Shown: piece after piece, positions 35,901 to 47,078 of the stretch
Layout of the letters: each line of letters starts with the position of its first letter
How positions within the stretch are numbered: position 1 is the first letter of the stretch
Source of the DNA: Cyanophora paradoxa CCMP329
Lineage: Eukaryota; Plantae; Glaucophyta
Direction of reading: 5' to 3'
NCBI GenBank assembly: GCA_004431415.1
Contig: QPMI01000640.1
Coordinates: 124,001 to 188,000, forward strand
DNA length: 64,000 nucleotides
Notes under the pieces: generated by a model
Told to the model about the DNA's origin: nothing
Databases searched by the model: none
The model's input: the letters and a program-made list of their open reading frames with translations, nothing else
Position numbers and translations under genes: made by a program

Positions 35901-37686
35901 GCAGCGTGCGGGGGCCCCTGGGGCTCGGCCTCCGCCTGGGGCACGACACGGAGGGCGACCTCGTCGCGGTGCGCCCCGCCCCGGCCGGCGCCCCTGCAGC
36001 GAGGCGGGGGGGCGAGGCGGGGCGGCTGACTGCGGCCTCGTGCAGGTGGTGGCGGGGACGGGGATCCTGCCCCTCCTCGACCTCGTCGCCCACATCCGCA
36101 GGACCGAGGACGAGCACGCCGCCCAGGTCCCCCCGCCCCGACCCCCACCCCTCCCCTCCATACCCCCGCTGCCCCGCCCCATGACGCGCTTGGGGGCGGC
36201 GGGGCAGCTGGCGAGCCCGGTGCTGGGGCCGCGGCAGGGCCCGGAGCCGGCGGCCCTGCGCCTCCCCGCGACGGAGGTCTCGGACACCGACCGCGAGGCG
36301 GCCGCCCGGGCGCGCGCCCGCCTCCGCCGCTGAACGCGGCGCCGGCGTACGAGCCGCTGGGGCCGGGGCCGCCGCCGGGCGCCTCGGGGTCCGAGGGGGA
36401 CGCCGAGCGCCGGGGCTCCCTCCGCAGCGGCGGACAGCGGGCGATCAGCTTCGGGGCGAGCGCGTCGCGGAGCTTCAAGGGGAGCGCGAGCAGCAAGAGC
36501 TTCCGCAAGAGCTTCAAGAGCCGCCTGGAGCCCTCGGGGAGCCTCCTCGGCCGCACCGCCCTCGTCGTACCCGTGGAGGGCGCCCCCGGCCCCTCCCCCT
36601 CCCGCCCCTCATCCCCCCCTACACGCACGCCACGCCGCCTCCGCCCGTCCCCGCATCCATGGTGCGCAGTCTTCTAGCCGCTTGAGCGCAAGCCTCGCTG
36701 GAGCGCCCGGCTCCTTCCCCCTCCCCCTGACGCCTCGGGGGGGGGCGTGGCAGTCGTCGGGGATGGGGATCGGGAGCTTCCTCAACATCAGCATGCCCCT
36801 CCTCTCCCCCTCCCTCAGGGGCCCCGACTTCCAGCTGCCCCTGCCCCGCGACGGCTCCCCCATGCACCAGGAGCTGCGGGGCGGGAGCTTCACGGGGCGC
36901 CCGCAGTCCTCGGGCGCCCTCGGCGGCCCCGGCAGCGCCACCGTCCGCCGCCGCCGGGGCCCCCGCTCCGCCGCCGCCCGCGGCCTCGCCGCCCCAAGGG
37001 CCCCACCGCCCGCCCAACATGCGCCTCCGCCTCAAGGTCCCCCCCCCCCCCCCACCCCCCACCCACCCCACCCCACCCCGGGTGTGACGGGGGCGGCAGC
37101 TGGTGGGGTGCTTCGAGAGGGCGGAGGACATCCCCGAGCTGCCGTGGCTCGAGGAGTGCGCCGCCGCCTGCCCCGCCCTCGACCTCTTCCTCTTCGTCGC
37201 CAAGCCCCCTCCCAGGCCCGCCCCCGCCCGCCCCCGCCCCGCCCCCCTGCCCCCCGCTTCCCGCCTCTTCCCGCACCGCCGGCTCCACGTCACTAGGCGC
37301 TTCCGTCGACTCCAGCGTTACTGGCCCCGCCGCCCCAAGACGTCGGCTGTGCTGCGTGCGGGGCGAGCTGAGCGGGGCGGGTGGGGCGCAGGCGTGGCTC
37401 TCGCAGGGGCCGGGGCGGCGCTCGGGGCGGGTGGACGCCGCCTTCCTCCGCGACGCCGTCCTCGCCAAGGCCAAGGCCCTCCGCGCGCCGCGCCCCGCCC
37501 CCCCGCCCCCCGCCCAGAGCCAGAGCCCCGCACCGGGGCCCGCCCCTCTAGATTCTCTGCCGGCTGCTGGAGGTGACGTGGCGCGCAGGCTTCTTCTACA
37601 TCTGCGGGCCCCCGGTCTTCGCGCACACCATCCGCGCCGCCGCCACCGAGATCGGCGTCGAGCCCAGCGCCCTCGTCTCCCTCTGA
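29904..37686 (+). CDS. Multidomain membrane oxidoreductase: haem peroxidase-like + DOMON + cytochrome b561 + cytochrome b5 + FAD-binding + NAD(P)H-binding
   Basis: Signal-like [12 protein letters not shown]. Peroxidase: [54 protein letters not shown]: [15 protein letters not shown]. b561 with four His: AVHAV, LHRG, SHG, LHRA. b5: HPGG and HHS. FAD: RHYS, GAMSRYL, VRGP. NAD: [13 protein letters not shown]. Start codon uncertain. Confidence 0.85.
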
Positions 37687-38386
37687 CCCCCATCCACCTC
37701 CGCCCCGCCCCGCCCCGCCCCGCCCCGCCGCCGCCCCTTTCACCGGCTCATTGAGTCGCACACGGCCCGTAGCTTTCGCCGTCCGACGGTCGTTTTAGGG
37801 CTCCGAGGGTCGAGCCTCGGAGATCGAGTTGCCTGTGTGCTTCTATCCGCCGTCGTGAGAGGTCGTCCTGTACATTAATATATATTAGGCACTTGGGCTT
37901 GTTCGGATTCCTTAGCAATAGATTTGATTTCTGCACGTGGCAGTCGGCTGTTCACTTCTGCTTTTCATAGCATTAAGAGCCGCCTCCCTCTTTCATTGCA
38001 AACCTTGATCTTAAGCGCATCTTTGCTAACTTAGTTAGCCTGGCATTGTACGCGCATTGCTTTGAATCTCGTATTCCACGGTGTTCTCTTCAGCCCCGCA
38101 ACTTAGTAAATTGAGGCCGCAAGTCCCTTGTTTTGTATAGATGCGTTACGTGCTCATATTCGAGTATAGCGACCAGATACAGTTATATATATATGATCAG
38201 AAGGCCTTCTTTATTTAATTTCGCCTCAAATGTTTTCATGATCAGCTTCAATTTCCTCGATTCTTCCCTTTCACTGCTCTGATGAGCCTCGGAGCGCGTT
38301 AACTCGATCTCTGCGGGGGCGGCAATCGAAATACGTGCCCGTGGTTCTATCTGCGTGTCAGAGTCCCTTCCAGATCTCTATTCTTC

Positions 38387-38430
38387 TTGATTAATTGATT
38401 GATTGCAATTGATTGATTGATTGATTGATT
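38387..38430. repeat. (GATT)n microsatellite, imperfect
   Basis: ttgattaattgattgattgcaattgattgattgattgattgatt. Confidence 0.8.
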
Positions 38431-39041
38431 GTGGTATTCTTCCCGGGTCCATCGATATCATGGTCATCATGGCATGACGTCGACATCGCACAGTGACATA
38501 ACGTTCTCGCTGCCAGGAGACTTCCGGCTTGAAATGCATATGTGGCCCGTACTAGTGGGGAGTCGTTGAGGACGTTGAGGACCGTCGGACGTCGACGTCG
38601 GCCGGCCGGGTCGCCCCGCGGCCGCGGCCCGACGGCATGCGCATGCTTCAAAAAATTTACAGTTTCACGAAATCGAATTCGAACTGAGACCCGTCTACAT
38701 CGAGCGGGGGTCGGGCCGCCGCCGCGCCGGCCCGCCGCGAGTCGCCGCGCTAGAGCCCTATAGCTAGCTAGTCCTAAGCATTATCACCCCCCCCCCCCCC
38801 CCCCCCTCCCCCCTCCTCCCGGCAGCAGGGCCGCGGCCTAGGCCTGCAGTTTTGCTTTGATTGAACTCGGAATACGTAATGCGAAGGCAGATACTGGCCG
38901 TGGAAAGCTTCGAGCAGCTCCGAGGCTCAAGAGCTCTCTGGGTGACACACTGACACGAGACGCCGAGCGGCCCAAGCGGCCGGGTACAGGGCCAGCCGCA
39001 GTTAACATCTGAGCGAGGCAGGGCGCGCGCGGGGCGCTGCG

Positions 39042-41154
39042 CTATATAACGTAGTCGCCGATATAGTCGTCGAGGGTCTGGTCCATCCCCTGCGCCCCGC
39101 CCCGTGTCGGGCCCGGGCCGGGGCGGGGCGCGGGAGGGGGCCGGGGGAGGTGGGAGGCGCCCGTCCCCCCGGGCACCTTGGCGGGCTCCATGTCCTTGTT
39201 GCGGCCAAGAACGCGCGCCGGCACCCCCACCTGGCCGCCCAGCACTCAGGCCCCCGCCCCGTGCCGCCGGCGCCGCAGAGTGGCCGCCCCGCGCGCACCG
39301 CCGTCACGTGAGGGGGTATGCTCTTCAGCACCAACGACCCCGCCCCGATCTTGGACCCGTCCCCGATCTGCACGGGGGGTACGGGATTCAGAGCCGGGGG
39401 CAAGGCGGTTGCTGGTGCTCGACGCACCGTGATGTTGCCCAGGACAGTGACGTTCGCGGCCAGCAGTACCCCGTTCCCGATCTGTACCCAGCTAAGCGAT
39501 CCGATTCGGATCAAAAGGGGTACGGGCGCTCAGCACCTTCGGGTGCCGGTCGCCCGTTTCCTTGCCGGTACCCCCAAGCGTGACGCCGTGCAGGACTGGG
39601 GACGCAAAGGAATCAGGGGGCGCAAAGGGCCTGGAGGGGTGGCGCGGAGTACAGGCGCACTAGAGACATCGTCACCGATGACCGCCGTCTCTGCGCGTAC
39701 CCTTTTCAGCCGATTCCTGAGGGGTACTCCAAAATGCGAGCAGCGGGAAAGCGCAGCGAACCGCCGATCACAACGCCCGTCGCGTGGTCGAGCTGAGTAG
39801 GGCAGATGGTGAGGGGTACTGAAGAAAAAGGGGGGGGGGGAGAGGGAGGAGGGAGGGGAAGGGGAAGACGCACGAGGATCCCCTTCCCAACGCGCGCAGC
39901 GGGGTGAATGTCCACGTGGAAGCAGTCGCTGATCCGGGACTGGCGCCCGGGCACGCTTTAGAGGGGAGGGGGGGGTGGGGGGTGGGGGGGAGGGGGACGC
40001 GGCGGTCCCCGGGGTACAGGACGCGAGCGCGCACCTGGAGGGCGAGCGCGAGGGGGATACGCTCGCGCTGCCACAGCGCGTGCGCCACGCGGTGCGCCTG
40101 CACGGCCTGGGGTACGGCATCGGCGCCGGGAGCACAGGGACGGGGCGTGGGAGGAGGGGAGCACCTGGAAGCCCTTGAAGTACAGGAGGGCCTGGCTGTA
40201 CCCTCGGCACGCCGGATCCCGTGCCTTGACGGCCTGTGGCGGTGCAGAGCTCGGAGGGGGCGCGGACAGCGCCCGCGAGGGGGGTACGCGCGCACGCGGA
40301 GGTCGGCGCGGTACGCGTCCTGGATGCCGGGGTCGCTCCTGATGACCTGCTTGAAGAGCTGCGGGGGGTGTCGCAGAGGGACGAGGTCGGCAGGCGGGTA
40401 CGGCGGCGCCGCGCGGGGCGGGGCGGGCACCTCCATGAGCTGCGTGGCGAGGAGGGTGGGGGAAGCCAGCTTGTTGGCGAGGTGAAAGGCCTGCGCGCGG
40501 CGCAAGGCGGCCCTCAGCGGCGCGCTCAATTCGAAGCGACGCGCTCCGAAGCGGGCCGCACGAGGGAGTCGTCGAGAGAGCCTGCGGCGCGGCGGGCGGG
40601 CGGGCGGGCGCTCAGCGGCGCCCCAGCGACGCGCTCTCAGTGGCGCCGGGCCTTGAGGGGGGCGGGGCGCACTGTGGGCGAGGATGACGGAGTAGAGGAA
40701 CGAGGCAAGCGCCGGCTCCTGCTGCGTGTCCGCCTTCGCCTCCGCCCGGATCTCCTCCCACAGCTCCCCCTGCCGGGCCCCGCGCGTGCGTTCAGACGGC
40801 TCCAGCACGAGCGAGCGGCGCGGGGGCATGTACGTCGTCCAGGCTCTCCGGCGGCCGCGCGGAGCTGGTGATGGCCGGTCGCTCTGGCGCCGCCGGCGCG
40901 CCGGACGCGGCGCCGGCGAGACGGCCAGAGCGGAGCGGCAGGACTGCCGCGCGGCCGCAGAACCTCCTAGCGGATGCAGAGAGCCGCAAATGGGCCGCCT
41001 CGCCCGCGCCGCATCCCAGAGCGCCGCGAGCGCCACGAACAGAGCGCCGGATGGCGCTCCGGCGCGTGCCTGGGGCCGCGCATGCGGTCTTAGCTTCGGT
41101 CCATGGCCAACGACTCGGCTGGCCGCTGACTAGCACCGGCGCGGCGAACAGCAT
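39042..41154 (-). CDS. cysE: Serine O-acetyltransferase, probably plastid-targeted
   Basis: ELWEEIRAEA..EPALASFLYSVIL, LLYFKGFQA, HRVAHALW, VDIHPAARVGKG, LDHATGVVIGETA, VTLGGTGKETGDRHPK, KIGAGSLVL. N-terminus MLFAAPV is transit-peptide-like. Confidence 0.93.
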
Positions 41155-41294
41155 TGCATGAACCTATTCGAACCTGTACCCCGAAGCCACCGGTCAGAGC
41201 AGCACATCGGCAAGCCGCGGCGCGGCGAGCAGCGATCTGCGGCACGGTTTGAGGCGGGTGGCGCTCGGGGCGGCGCGTGCCGCCGCGTTGGCCA

Positions 41295-44200
41295 ATGGAC
41301 CGCATCGTCAACCAGCGGAGCCTGCAGGTCCTGAAGTACGTCCCGCGCTCCGCATCGCATCAGCCGCCGCTGAGGCGCGTACGCGCGCCCCGCAGCTACT
41401 ACGCGAACCTCAATGACACGGCCGAGCTGTACTCGCACCGCCACGAGATCCACGACCGGGAGCCGAGCACGAGGCACAGGGAAGCGGCACGCGACCAGCC
41501 GCTCTTCGTGCGCCCCGCAGCGCCGCTCGGCGAGCCGCCGCCGCCGCTCTCCCGTCTGACGTGTGGTTCGCCGCCTCCGATCCGCGCCCTCGCAGCGGCG
41601 CATCCTGGCGTATTGGACGGACTCGGAGCTGCTCGTGTCATTCGTATACCTCGCGTCGCTCGGGATCCTCGGCGGCTGCCTCGCCATCCTCTACAGGTCC
41701 GCCCTCGCCGCCGCCGGCCGCGCCCTGCCCCTCCCGCCCCACCGCCTGCCCCGCGACGCGCGCGGCGCAGCTTCATCGAGGAGAACATCGTCCACCTGCA
41801 CAACCTGCTGGGCGGCGACCCGGAGCTCTCCTGGGTGCGAATTCGAATTCGATGCAAGAGCACCGCTGCTTGGGCGAGGCGGCGGGGGGCGGGGGCCGCG
41901 CAGGTCCCCCCCGGCCCTGCCTCGTTCGTGGCCTTCGTCGCGCACACCGTCTTCTTCGCCGGGCTCGCCGGGGCGACCCCCAAGCTCCTGACCCCCCACG
42001 GCGCCGGCTCCGGTGCCGGCCCCCGCCGCTCCACGCCTCCTCCCCTGGGGATCCCTCACGGGGCGGGGCAGGCATCCCGGAGCTGAAAGCGATCCTGTCG
42101 GGCATCATTCTGAACAAGTACCTCACCTTCCGCATGCTCCTCACCAAGGCGCCCGCCCCGCGCCCGGCCTCGACCCCGCGGCCCCGATCCGACGCCGCTC
42201 CCCCGCAGTTCTTCGGCCTCATCTTCGCCGCCGGCGGCGGGCTCTTCACCGGCCGCGAGGTGGACCCCGCATACCGCCCGCTTCCGCCCCCCGCGCGCCC
42301 CCCGACCCTTCCCTCTCCTCGCCGCCTCTCCGCAGGGCCCCTTCGTGTGCCTGGGGGCGTGCGTGGCGCACCTACTCTGCAGGCGCGCCCCTGCCCTCCG
42401 CTCCCTCCTGGCGAGTAGAGGCGCCGTTGGACTCACGCGGGGCCCGTGGCCTCAGCCTGCCGGTCTTCCGGGGCAAGTTCCTGCGCAACCAGCGCCAGCA
42501 CCTCTCCATGCTCGCCGTCGGCGCCGCCGTCGGTGCGCCGCCCACAGGCCCCGCCCCGCTGCCGCCCCGCCTCCTCTCAAGGGCGGGGGCGGGGGCGGGC
42601 AGGGATCGTGTCGACCTTCGGCTCGGCCATCGGCGGCGTCCTCTTCAGGTGCCGCCCCCGGCCCGAGGCCCCCGCGAGGGCCCCACACCAGCTCGCCCCG
42701 CCCCGCCGGGGCCCACGAGTAGCCTCTAAGAGCTCGCCCACGAGCACGCTTCCCCGGCCCGCTCTTGCGCCGCCGCTGAGCGCTCCGCAGCATCGAGACG
42801 ACGGCGACCTACTACATGGTCCGCGACATGTGGAAGGCAGGCCCCGCCCCGCCCCGCCCCCTGCCCTCGTCGTGAACGCGCGGGGCGGCGGGGCGCACAG
42901 TGCTTTTTCTCGTCCCTCGTCGTCTCCCTCCTCTACGCCTACGTCCGCTTCTCCGGCAAGGCGCGCCGCCGCCGCGCCGCGGGGGCCTCGGCCCCGAGGG
43001 AGGCGCTGAGGCGGCTTCGGGGGCGGGGGCAGGTGTCGGCGGTGGAGGGGACCTCCTTCGAGCAGGCGCGCCCCGCGCGCCGCCCTCGGCGCCGCTGCGG
43101 TCCGACGGGGTCGGGGGGCGGGGCAGGTGCGGTGGACGTGGGAGGCGGGGCTCTTCGTGGGGGTCGGCCTCCTCGCCGGCCTCTCCGGCGCCGCCTTCAA
43201 CCTCCTCGTCCGCCGCGCCGGCAAGGCCCGCCCCGCCCCGCCCCCCGCCCCGCCCCGCCGCGCCCCCTCCGCGCCCCCTCCGCGCCCCATGGGCGGCGGC
43301 AGGCGAAGAAGAAGTGGCGGTGGACCCGCGAGAGCCGCATCGGCATCCTGTCCGCCCCCTCCCCCTCCCCTCTCTTCCCCTCTTTCCCGGCTCCGCGCTG
43401 ACTCGCCTTCTCTCCTCCCCCAGCTGCGTCTGGGGCCTGCTGGTGGGGGCGATCTCGTACCCCCTGGGACCCTTCCTGCGCAACACCTTCGACGAGTCGA
43501 TGAACGCGCGCCGCGCCCTCCCCTTCCCCCTCCCCCGCGCCCCGCGGGGAGGCCGCCTCAACGGGTGTGCGGGCAGGACCTGTTCACGCACGAGAGCCTC
43601 GCCGAGCGCCGCCCCGAGTGGTGCCCGCCGCCCCCGCCCCTGCCCACCCCCGTCCCCCCCTCCTCTCCTCCCCCTCCTCCTGCCCCTCCTCCATTCATCA
43701 AAGAAGCTCGAGCTCCCATAAAGCCAGCTTCCGTCTACATCGTGCTTTACGCGAGCCCATGCTTGCATAAAGCACGGTACAGGCGCCTGCTCCCCTGACG
43801 CGCCTGCGCAGGTTCGTGGCGGGCGCCGGGTCGATCGTGCCTGCGCTGCTGCTGCACGCCTCCGCCCGCCTCGTCCTCACCGCCCTCACCGTCACCCTCC
43901 CCATCCCGTCCGCCCCCCACTGCCCCCGCGGCCCCTCTCCCTCCCCCCCCGACCAGCCCCCGCTCCTCCCCCCCAGGACGGGCATCTTCGTGCCCTCGCT
44001 GACCTTCGGCGCCGGCTTCGGGCGCGCCTACGGCGAGGCCCTCGCCCTCCTCGGTACCCCGCCCGCTTTCCACCCCCTCGCCCTCTCAGGCCGCCCCCCG
44101 CAGGCGCCACCTCCATCGCCCCGGGCATCTACGCCCTCGCCGGTCCCGCCCCCCTCCTCACCCCCCCCCCTCTCTGACGATGTACCCCCCTACCGCGCAG

Positions 44201-46071
44201 GGGCGGCGGCGGCGTGCACGGGGACGACGCACTCGATCGCGGTGGCGGTGATCCTCCTCGAGATGACCGGCCAGGCCCGCCACCCGCCCGCCCTCTAGCT
44301 TAGAGGCCCCGCCCCAGAGGCCTTCAGGGGGCAGGCGCGGGGCGCGTCGCCTTCGCGGGCCCCGCCCCGCCCCCCGCCCGCTTCCGACACCGGCGGCCCC
44401 CGCAGATCTACCACCTCCTCCACGTCCTTGTCGCCGTCGTGCCTACCCCCCGGCCCGGCCCCGCTGTGTCCCCCTGACCACACCTCAGCTGGTGGCATAC
44501 GGCGTGACGACCTCTCTCTCCCCCTCCTACTACGAGAACGCCCTCGCTGCATACAAGTGTGTACCCCCAGAGAGCGGGGGTACACGCGGGGTGCCTGATG
44601 CGCCGGCGCCCGCCCCCGGGCCGCCCCCCGCAGCATCCCCTACATGCCCCTGCTCCGCCCCGCCTCCACCAAGGTCTCTTCCCCCCCTCGTCCCCACCGT
44701 TCTCCCCCGGCCCGGTACCCCCCTCGACCCCCCCGCCTCAGGAGACGGCGCACGACGTGATGGTGCGGGAGCCGATGCTCCAGTGGCTCGCCCTCGACTC
44801 CCCCCTCTCCGTGCGCCCGTACCCCCCCCCTCCCCCTCCTCTCCAACCCCTGCTGCACCCAGGACGTGCTGGAGTCGCTGCGGCGGAACAGGGACTTCCA
44901 CGCCTTCCCCCTCGTCCTCTCCACCCGGTCCGCCCCGCTCGCCTCTGCCCTCTGGCCTCCCCCGGGGCGCTCAGGGCTGGGGGCGGCGGGGCGGGGCAGG
45001 TCGCGGCGCCTCGTCGGCGTCGCCACGCGGGCCTCTCTCGAGCGCGCCCTTCAGGTCAGAGGGGGAGGGGAGGCGGGGGAAGCGAGCGCCGTGACCGCAA
45101 TCGACGGGACGCTGCCGGCTGACGGGGGGCGGCGGGCAGGAGGCCGGCCTGGTGGCGCGGGGGCGGGGCGCCGGGGAGGCCGACCCGACGGTCACCTGGC
45201 AGCGCTTCCACGTGCGATGCCGGGGGGCGGCCAAGGCGATGGCGAGCGCTCCCCTGAGCGCGCCCCCGCGCAGGACCGCTTCCTCAGGAAGGTCGGCGTG
45301 CGGGACGGGCCGGGGCCCGACGCGGGGCTGGGGCCCGGGTCCCCGCCGCGCGTCGGCCCTGCGGATGCGGCCGCCGGCGTGGGCGAGGTACAGCCCTGCA
45401 CCCCCTCGCCGTCCCAGGGGGCTCATTCGGGAGGTACAGGAGCGGGAGGCGCCGCGGAGCGAGGGGCCCCGACCCCCCTCCGGGGCTGCCAACGATCTCG
45501 TAGAAGGGGTACCCCCCTTCCTCTAGCCATGCCCCCCTCCTGCCCGACGCCCGGCCCCCGCAGGCCGATGCGCCGCCCGTTTCGCCCCCCGGCCCTCCGT
45601 CCGCGACGAGCAGGTGCCGTACCCCCCTGCCCTCCCGCCCACCGTTCCCCTCTGATTCTGGGGTAGGGGCGCGCTCGCGTCCTTCGAGGAGGGGGGTCCG
45701 CTGTTTCCGGACGACTCGCCCCCCGAGGGGCCCCGCAGGCGGCCCCCGGGAGGGGGTGCAGGTGACGAGGTATGCGGAGGAGCGGGGCGGGGGGTACGGT
45801 CGTGTACTCACGGCAGGGCAGGACCCCCCGTCGGCGCGGCCCCTTGGCGCCTGCTCCCCGAAGTACGACCCTGCACCCCTCCAGATCTCCGAGTGTACCC
45901 CCCTCACCAAGGTAAGCCGTGCCGTACCCCCACCTGCCCCGGTTCGAATCCGCGCAGATCCACTTCTACTTCACAATGCTCGCGTGCAACGCGCTGTACG
46001 TCACGGGCCCCGGGGGAACACTGGTCGGCGTCCTCACGAAGCGCATCCTGATCGCGGCCTCGATGCGGTAG
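41295..46071 (+). CDS. CLC family chloride channel/transporter with C-terminal CBS domains
   Basis: GSGIPELKAIL, GREGPFV, FGSAIGGVLFSIE, GIFVPSLTFGAGFGR, VILLEMTGQ, PSYYE; CBS segments TAHDVM, FPLV, IHFYFTML..LYVT..LVGVLT. Confidence 0.93.
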
Positions 46072-46329
46072 CCTCATGAGCCCCCTGTACCCCATAGTAC
46101 TAGAAATAGTCTGTTCTCCTGTGTGCAAATGTTTTACTGCATCTATGGCCTTCGCTGCACCGAATCGACTGATCATGTGAAATGTCATATGTGCTAAGCT
46201 CGCATGCTCCGGTTCTGTACGCCGAGGACTATACTACGATAGCTACTCCCTGCGGGGATGCCTGTCTGGATCTACACAATCTAGCTCAAGGTGCGCCGCC
46301 CCGAGTCGGGGGCCGGCCCGGCCGGGCGG

Positions 46330-46969
46330 TCACACTTCGGTCGTGTAGGTCGGGGCGCTGCCGCCGGCCCATCCCGCGAGGGCCGTGCCCTGCTTCTCCA
46401 CATACGCCCGCTTGTTCTGCCGCTTCCTGCGAGGCCCCCCGGGCGTAACCAAACACGCCGCGCTGACGGCGCCGATGAGATCGCGAAGCGCACTTGTGTA
46501 TTTGGTACGCGCAGATGAGGATGAAGACTAGCGCGATGAAGGCGGCCGTCGCTATGAACATTCCTGCGGGGCGCGCCGCGGTGAGCTGCGCTGGCGGACG
46601 CCAGGCGTGGGACGTGGCACGCGGACTGCCCGCACCGATCATCGTCCAACCGAGGCCCTGCGAGGAAAAGACAAGCGAACGTCAGCGCGAGGGCGTGCGA
46701 GGCCTGGGGACACGCGGCGGCGTCGACAGGGAAGGCAGTGTTTCGGGCCGGTTGGCCCGCGTACACCAGCAGCTATCCGGGGTCGCCGGGCGGAGGCCTC
46801 GCGGATGCGCGAGAAGGATAGATCCCGGGCTCCCTTCACGACGCTGCGACGCGACGCCGCGGCGACGAACCTTGTCCAGACGGTGGCTTTCGTGGTGGGA
46901 CGGCGCCCCCGCTTCGGCGCCGGTTCCCGCGCTGCTGCTGCCGCCAGTTTCGGCGCTGATGCTCGCCAT
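46330..46969 (-). CDS. Small single-pass membrane protein (~95 aa, 4 exons)
   Basis: GT-AG splicing gives MASISAETGG...HRLDK|GLGWTMIG|MFIATAAFIALVFILICAYQIHK|KRQNKRAYVEKQG...PTYTTEV*. Confidence 0.6.
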
Positions 46970-47078
46970 CGTGAAACGAGCCGCCGGTCAAGCGTGCACT
47001 AGACTGGGCCTCGATAAACGGACTCCCGAAAGCGCGGTTTGCGTTTCGACGCTCGGTACAGGCTGTTCGATTCGGGAA

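Noticed and set aside
37748-38650. Possible AT-rich spliced gene on the minus strand
   Set aside because: Some exon-like stretches, but no consistent model or recognisable motif.
4666-41154. Sulfur/selenium gene cluster (NifS-SelD plus cysE)
   Set aside because: The genes are about 30 kb apart with unrelated genes between them; no evidence of linkage.
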